Made by a program: the position numbers and the translations under genes. The notes below the pieces were generated by a model, which did not search any database, was not told the origin of the DNA, and saw nothing but the letters and a program-made list of their open reading frames with translations. From the NCBI GenBank assembly GCA_964582375.1, contig CAZORL010000001.1, forward strand, positions 13,769-77,768: a stretch of DNA of 64,000 nucleotides. The letters are read 5' to 3'. This document shows, one piece after another, positions 60,443-64,000 of this stretch. The DNA comes from an uncultured Lachnospiraceae bacterium. Its GTDB lineage: Bacteria > Bacillota > Clostridia > Oscillospirales > CAG-272. Each line of letters begins with the position of its first letter. Positions within the stretch are counted from its first letter, which is position 1.

Positions 60443-61738
60443 TTACCTCTGTAACGATCGTATTTTTCCGCCCGACAGATCGGACAGATCTTTCCAAAAA
60501 TTCTCGTATGATTTGCCGACGCATTCCGGGTTTGTAATGACCGTCTCGCCTGTCGCCGCCAGCGCGCATATTGCGGCTGACATTGCGATCCTGTGATCGC
60601 CGAAGCTGTTGACACTACCACCGTGTGGGTGTCCACCGATCACATAGAGACTGTCATTGTCGGCACGGGCGGCGATGCCGAATGCTTCAAGCATCGATAT
60701 TACAGCTGCCACGCGGTCTGACTCTTTGATACGAAGTCGTGATATTCCGTCAAATCGGCTCTCGCCATCCGCGTAGGCGGCAACGACGGCAAGTGCGGGG
60801 ACAAGATCGGGAATGTTTTGACATTCGATCACGGCTTTGTGAAGTCTGCCGTCCGCTTTTGCCGAAATACTGCCGTCTGCGTTTGTCTTGATGATCGCAC
60901 CAAACCCTCGGAGTGCGGAGAGTACCGCACGATCGCCCTGGATGCTTGTCAGAGAAAGGGAAGAAACGCTGATATCGCCCGCGCCGATCGCACCTGCGGC
61001 AAGCCAAAATGCCGCCGCTGACCAGTCACCCTCGACATCATATACCGACGATCTTGCCGAAAGTTGAGAACTTTTTGCCTTGTTTTCGATAATGAATGCA
61101 TTTTCGCATCTTCCGGGCTGAATGCCGAATTTTGACAAAACATCGAGCGTCATTTCGACATAATCTTTTGACTGAATTTGTCCGCTTACCCTGAGCGTGC
61201 GTTCTCCGTCAAGCAGAGAAAGTGCAAAGAGAAGACCGCTCGTGAACTGCGATGACAGTGAACCGTCGATCGAAAAATCATCTCCCGACAGCTTACCCGA
61301 AATATGCATGGGCAGATGATCCGAGTCAGCAGAAACACCGTGTGCCGAAAACAGATCGGTCATCGGTCTCATCGGACGCTCGGGAAGCCGTCCCGAACCC
61401 AAAAAAATGTAATCTCCGCCGAGTGCCGCGGCAATAGGCAAAAGAAAACGTGTCGTCGATCCCGATTCACCGCAAAAAAGCTCTCGAACCTCGGTGGGAT
61501 ATTTGTTAACATTTATCGGCGTGACTGACCTGTCACTGCCGCTTTTCTCGATCTTTGCACCGAGCGATCGAAGGCATTCGATCGTTGCCTTTATGTCCTC
61601 ACAATCGCCAAGTCCTCGAATAACGGTCGGACGATCGGCAAGGGCGGCGCAGATCAGCAGTCTGTGCCCGTACGATTTTGACGCGGGCGCACATACCTTG
61701 CCGCAAATGGGATAGGGCGATATCTTCATGATTTCCAT
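60443..61738 (-). CDS. aroA: EPSP synthase
   Basis: SKS, ESGST, SSQF, LRIKESDR, DHRIAM. Confidence 0.96.
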   Translation of the reverse strand: MEIMKISPYPICGKVCAPASKSYGHRLLICAALADRPTVIRGLGDCEDIKATIECLRSLGAKIEKSGSDRSVTPINVNKYPTEVRELFCGESGSTTRFLLPIAAALGGDYIFLGSGRLPERPMRPMTDLFSAHGVSADSDHLPMHISGKLSGDDFSIDGSLSSQFTSGLLFALSLLDGERTLRVSGQIQSKDYVEMTLDVLSKFGIQPGRCENAFIIENKAKSSQLSARSSVYDVEGDWSAAAFWLAAGAIGAGDISVSSLSLTSIQGDRAVLSALRGFGAIIKTNADGSISAKADGRLHKAVIECQNIPDLVPALAVVAAYADGESRFDGISRLRIKESDRVAAVISMLEAFGIAARADNDSLYVIGGHPHGGSVNSFGDHRIAMSAAICALAATGETVITNPECVGKSYENFWKDLSDLSGGKIRSLQR

Positions 61739-62805
61739 TTGATCGCCTCCTCGATCAGATGCTCGAGCTTGCCGCAGGTCAGATCCACCTCGTAAAAACA
61801 GGCATCTCCGATAGCTTTGGGCAGGATGAGCGTCAGACGTTTGCCGTTTCGCTTTTTGTCAGAAAGTGCCGCATCAAAAAGCTCACTCGCATTTATCGGA
61901 CAGCTTGTATCAAATCCGTATCTTTTCAGCAGAGACTCGACTCTGCTTGGGATATCGTCCTCACAGATGCCAAGCAGGGCGGCAATTCTTGATGCGAGCA
62001 CCATACCAACCGCAACAGCTGCACCGTGTGAGTACTCGAATGCGGTGTGAAGTTCGATCCCGTGTCCGAGCGTGTGACCGAAATTCAGCAGACCGCGCAG
62101 AGATCGATCACGCTCATCCGCCGAGACGATATCACGCTTTATCTCGACCGAACGTGCGATCACATCACATATATCGGGACGATCGTCCATGGACAGCCTG
62201 TCGAAGAACTCGCTATCAAGTATTACGCCGTATTTTATAACCTCGGCATAACCGTCTCTGTAAATATCACACGGCAGACTGTCAAGCAGGGAAGGGTCGC
62301 ATATCACAAGCGATGGCTGATAAAATGTGCCGATAAGATTTTTTCCCTCGGGCAGATCGACAGCAGTCTTTCCGCCGACCGATGAGTCTACACATGAAAG
62401 AAGAGTGGTCGGGATCTGAACAAATTCGATCCCGCGCTCGTAGATCGAAGCGGCAAATCCGCAAAGATCCCCGACAACACCGCCGCCGAGCGCGATCAAA
62501 AAGTCGGAGCGAGTGAAATGCTCCCTTGCCAAAACTCGACACAGCTCAAGGAGCACCTCGGGCGATTTTGATGCTTCGCCGTTTGCAAACACGAATTTGA
62601 CTATGTTTTTGTATCCGACATCCGAAAGCGACTTTTTGAGCTTGTCCGAATACAGCATATCTACATTGTCATCGGTGACTATGAGCGCACGACGGGAGGG
62701 AGAAAGGGCGGTGTTTTCGGCGATAAGCCCGCCCGCAACCTCGAGAAGACCTTTCTCGATTAATATATCATATTCTCTTGACGCATTGACTCTTATTCTT
62801 TTCAT
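61726..62805 (-). CDS. aroB: 3-dehydroquinate synthase
   Basis: GGGVVGD, DSSVGGKT, LNFGHTLGH, SHG.AV. Confidence 0.96.
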   Translation of the reverse strand: MKRIRVNASREYDILIEKGLLEVAGGLIAENTALSPSRRALIVTDDNVDMLYSDKLKKSLSDVGYKNIVKFVFANGEASKSPEVLLELCRVLAREHFTRSDFLIALGGGVVGDLCGFAASIYERGIEFVQIPTTLLSCVDSSVGGKTAVDLPEGKNLIGTFYQPSLVICDPSLLDSLPCDIYRDGYAEVIKYGVILDSEFFDRLSMDDRPDICDVIARSVEIKRDIVSADERDRSLRGLLNFGHTLGHGIELHTAFEYSHGAAVAVGMVLASRIAALLGICEDDIPSRVESLLKRYGFDTSCPINASELFDAALSDKKRNGKRLTLILPKAIGDACFYEVDLTCGKLEHLIEEAIKWKS

Positions 62806-63638
62806 TGTTGACTTTCCGATCTTTCTTTAGCAATTCGTCCCTCGCGAAGCAGAGACTCAAGGCTCTCGCAGTCACGCGATTTTATGGCATCCGAATATTT
62901 TTGCAGATTTTCGATCACAAGATCGATCTCGGGAGCAAGATAATCACCGTTTTCGATGAAAAGCTCGGTCCACATTTTTTCGTTGAGCCACGCAACACGA
63001 GTCAAATCTCGGAACGACCCCGCACTGTATCCTTTGTGACAGAGTGCGGACGGCGATTTTATGTAGGCGGAGGATACAACATGCGCAAGCTGGGATGTGT
63101 ATGCGATCATTTTGTCATGATTTTCGGGATCGGTCGTCACTATCTTTTTCAGACCAAGCGGTTTTAGGGATGCCGTTATCCGTTCGATAAGCAAAAAATC
63201 ACGCTGATCCTTCGGTACAAGTATCATTGTCGCATTTGAGAACATCGTGGCTCTGCTGTAGCGAAATCCCGAGAAATGCGTGCCTGCCATCGGATGTCCG
63301 CCGACAAATGTAAATCCGTATCTGTCGGCAATTTCAAAGCAGGATGCACAGATCTTTCGCTTTGTACCGCATTCGTCGAGAACGACCGTCTCCTTTCCAA
63401 CGAGATGCGCGTTGTCCTCAAGCCACTTTATCGATGCGTCGGGATAGAGCGACAGATGAATAAATTCGCATTTTCCGATGTTTTTTTCGCAGAGTACCTC
63501 GTCGATCACCCCTGCAGCTATCGCAACATCCTCGACAGCACTTGTTCTGTTGCAGGCATAGACAGTGTGCCCCGCCTCTTTGAATGCCTTTGCAAGCGAG
63601 CCGCCTATCAGCCCGAGTCCAACTATTCCGACTATCAT
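62802..63638 (-). CDS. tyrA: Prephenate dehydrogenase
   Basis: GLGLIGGS, HPMAG, HD...SQLAH, FRDLTRVA. Confidence 0.93.
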   Translation of the reverse strand: MIVGIVGLGLIGGSLAKAFKEAGHTVYACNRTSAVEDVAIAAGVIDEVLCEKNIGKCEFIHLSLYPDASIKWLEDNAHLVGKETVVLDECGTKRKICASCFEIADRYGFTFVGGHPMAGTHFSGFRYSRATMFSNATMILVPKDQRDFLLIERITASLKPLGLKKIVTTDPENHDKMIAYTSQLAHVVSSAYIKSPSALCHKGYSAGSFRDLTRVAWLNEKMWTELFIENGDYLAPEIDLVIENLQKYSDAIKSRDCESLESLLREGRIAKERSESQQ

Positions 63639-63680
63639 CGTTCATACCGTCCTTTCGTCCGTGCAAGAAAAGTTCTAATA

Positions 63681-63796
63681 AAAATAAAAAATGCAGCACA
63701 AGTGCTGCAAAGAGATCGATACCATGGGCAGTTTTTGGGCAGCACAAAATTCTATTATCTCTCGTAAAAGAAATAATAGCAATAATAGTATGCCGC
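63681..63796 (-). promoter_or_regulatory. Transcription attenuator with terminator and antiterminator
   Basis: Transcript order: GCGGCATA (1), TGTGCTGC (2), GCAGCAC (3), GTGCTGC (4), then U-tract. Confidence 0.8.
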
Positions 63797-63811
63797 AAAT
63801 ACTCTGCTCAT
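63755..63811 (-). CDS. Tyr/Phe-rich leader peptide MSRVFAAYYYCYYFFYER
   Basis: GGAG SD 9 nt upstream; 6 Tyr and 3 Phe codons of 18; lies between promoter and tyrA. Confidence 0.85.
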   Translation of the reverse strand: MSRVFAAYYYCYYFFYER

Positions 63812-63842
63812 CTGTTTTGTCTCCATTTTTTAGCTTTAGCTT

Positions 63843-63871
63843 ATTTTATCACAAAAGCAGGACTTTGTCAA
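63843..63871 (-). promoter_or_regulatory. SigA promoter of the aro operon
   Basis: TTGACA(63871-63866)-17-TAAAAT(63848-63843) with TG extension. Confidence 0.8.
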
Positions 63872-63919
63872 GTGGTATTTGATAATTTCCGCTTGAAAGT
63901 CCTGCTTTTTTTGAAAAAT

Positions 63920-64000
63920 TTAGTTGTTTGCCGTAAAGTATGCCGTGTTGACAGTGATTATATATCCGTCCGTGTTGTTGCCCGATATGCGGTAACAGTC
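63920..64000 (-). CDS. Probable 3' end of an unknown CDS entering from outside the window
   Basis: Open frame DCYRISGNNTDGYIITVNTAYFTANN* followed by a strong hairpin. Confidence 0.4.
   Translation of the reverse strand, partial: DCYRISGNNTDGYIITVNTAYFTANN

Overview
Chromosomal core and metabolic region of a spore-forming anaerobic Firmicute (Clostridia; an Oscillospirales-like lineage is inferred from gene content). No prophage, intact IS, integrase or CRISPR array is visible. It holds a MarR/ABC exporter (partial), GH36, tRNA-Thr(GGT), a lipoprotein trigger-factor paralogue, yajC, an NrdR-boxed nrdG-nrdD followed by trxB, MATE, a split transketolase, tadA, a ComEC-like protein, def and cdd. 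A 17.6 kb same-strand redox cluster follows: adhA-nfnAB; mdh-fumC-hdrBCA-flxDCBA plus a soluble fumarate reductase and a PQ-loop protein; and a deleted hfs [FeFe]-hydrogenase operon. The rest is proS, an EF-G2 paralogue, two GH2, clpB with an RHH-like gene, aconitase, a GH93-like lipoprotein, spoIIGA-sigE and an aro/phe/tyr operon. Highlights: (1) a Tyr/Phe-rich leader peptide with full 1:2/2:3/3:4 attenuator architecture before the aro operon; (2) a putative electron-bifurcating Flx-Hdr-fumarate reductase succinate pathway; (3) an orphan 41-aa YxxP peptide gene with its own promoter and terminator; (4) an ORF-less consensus-promoter transcript convergent on sigE; (5) an NrdD-redoxin fusion. 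All family calls are from motif recognition by eye; no database search was run.
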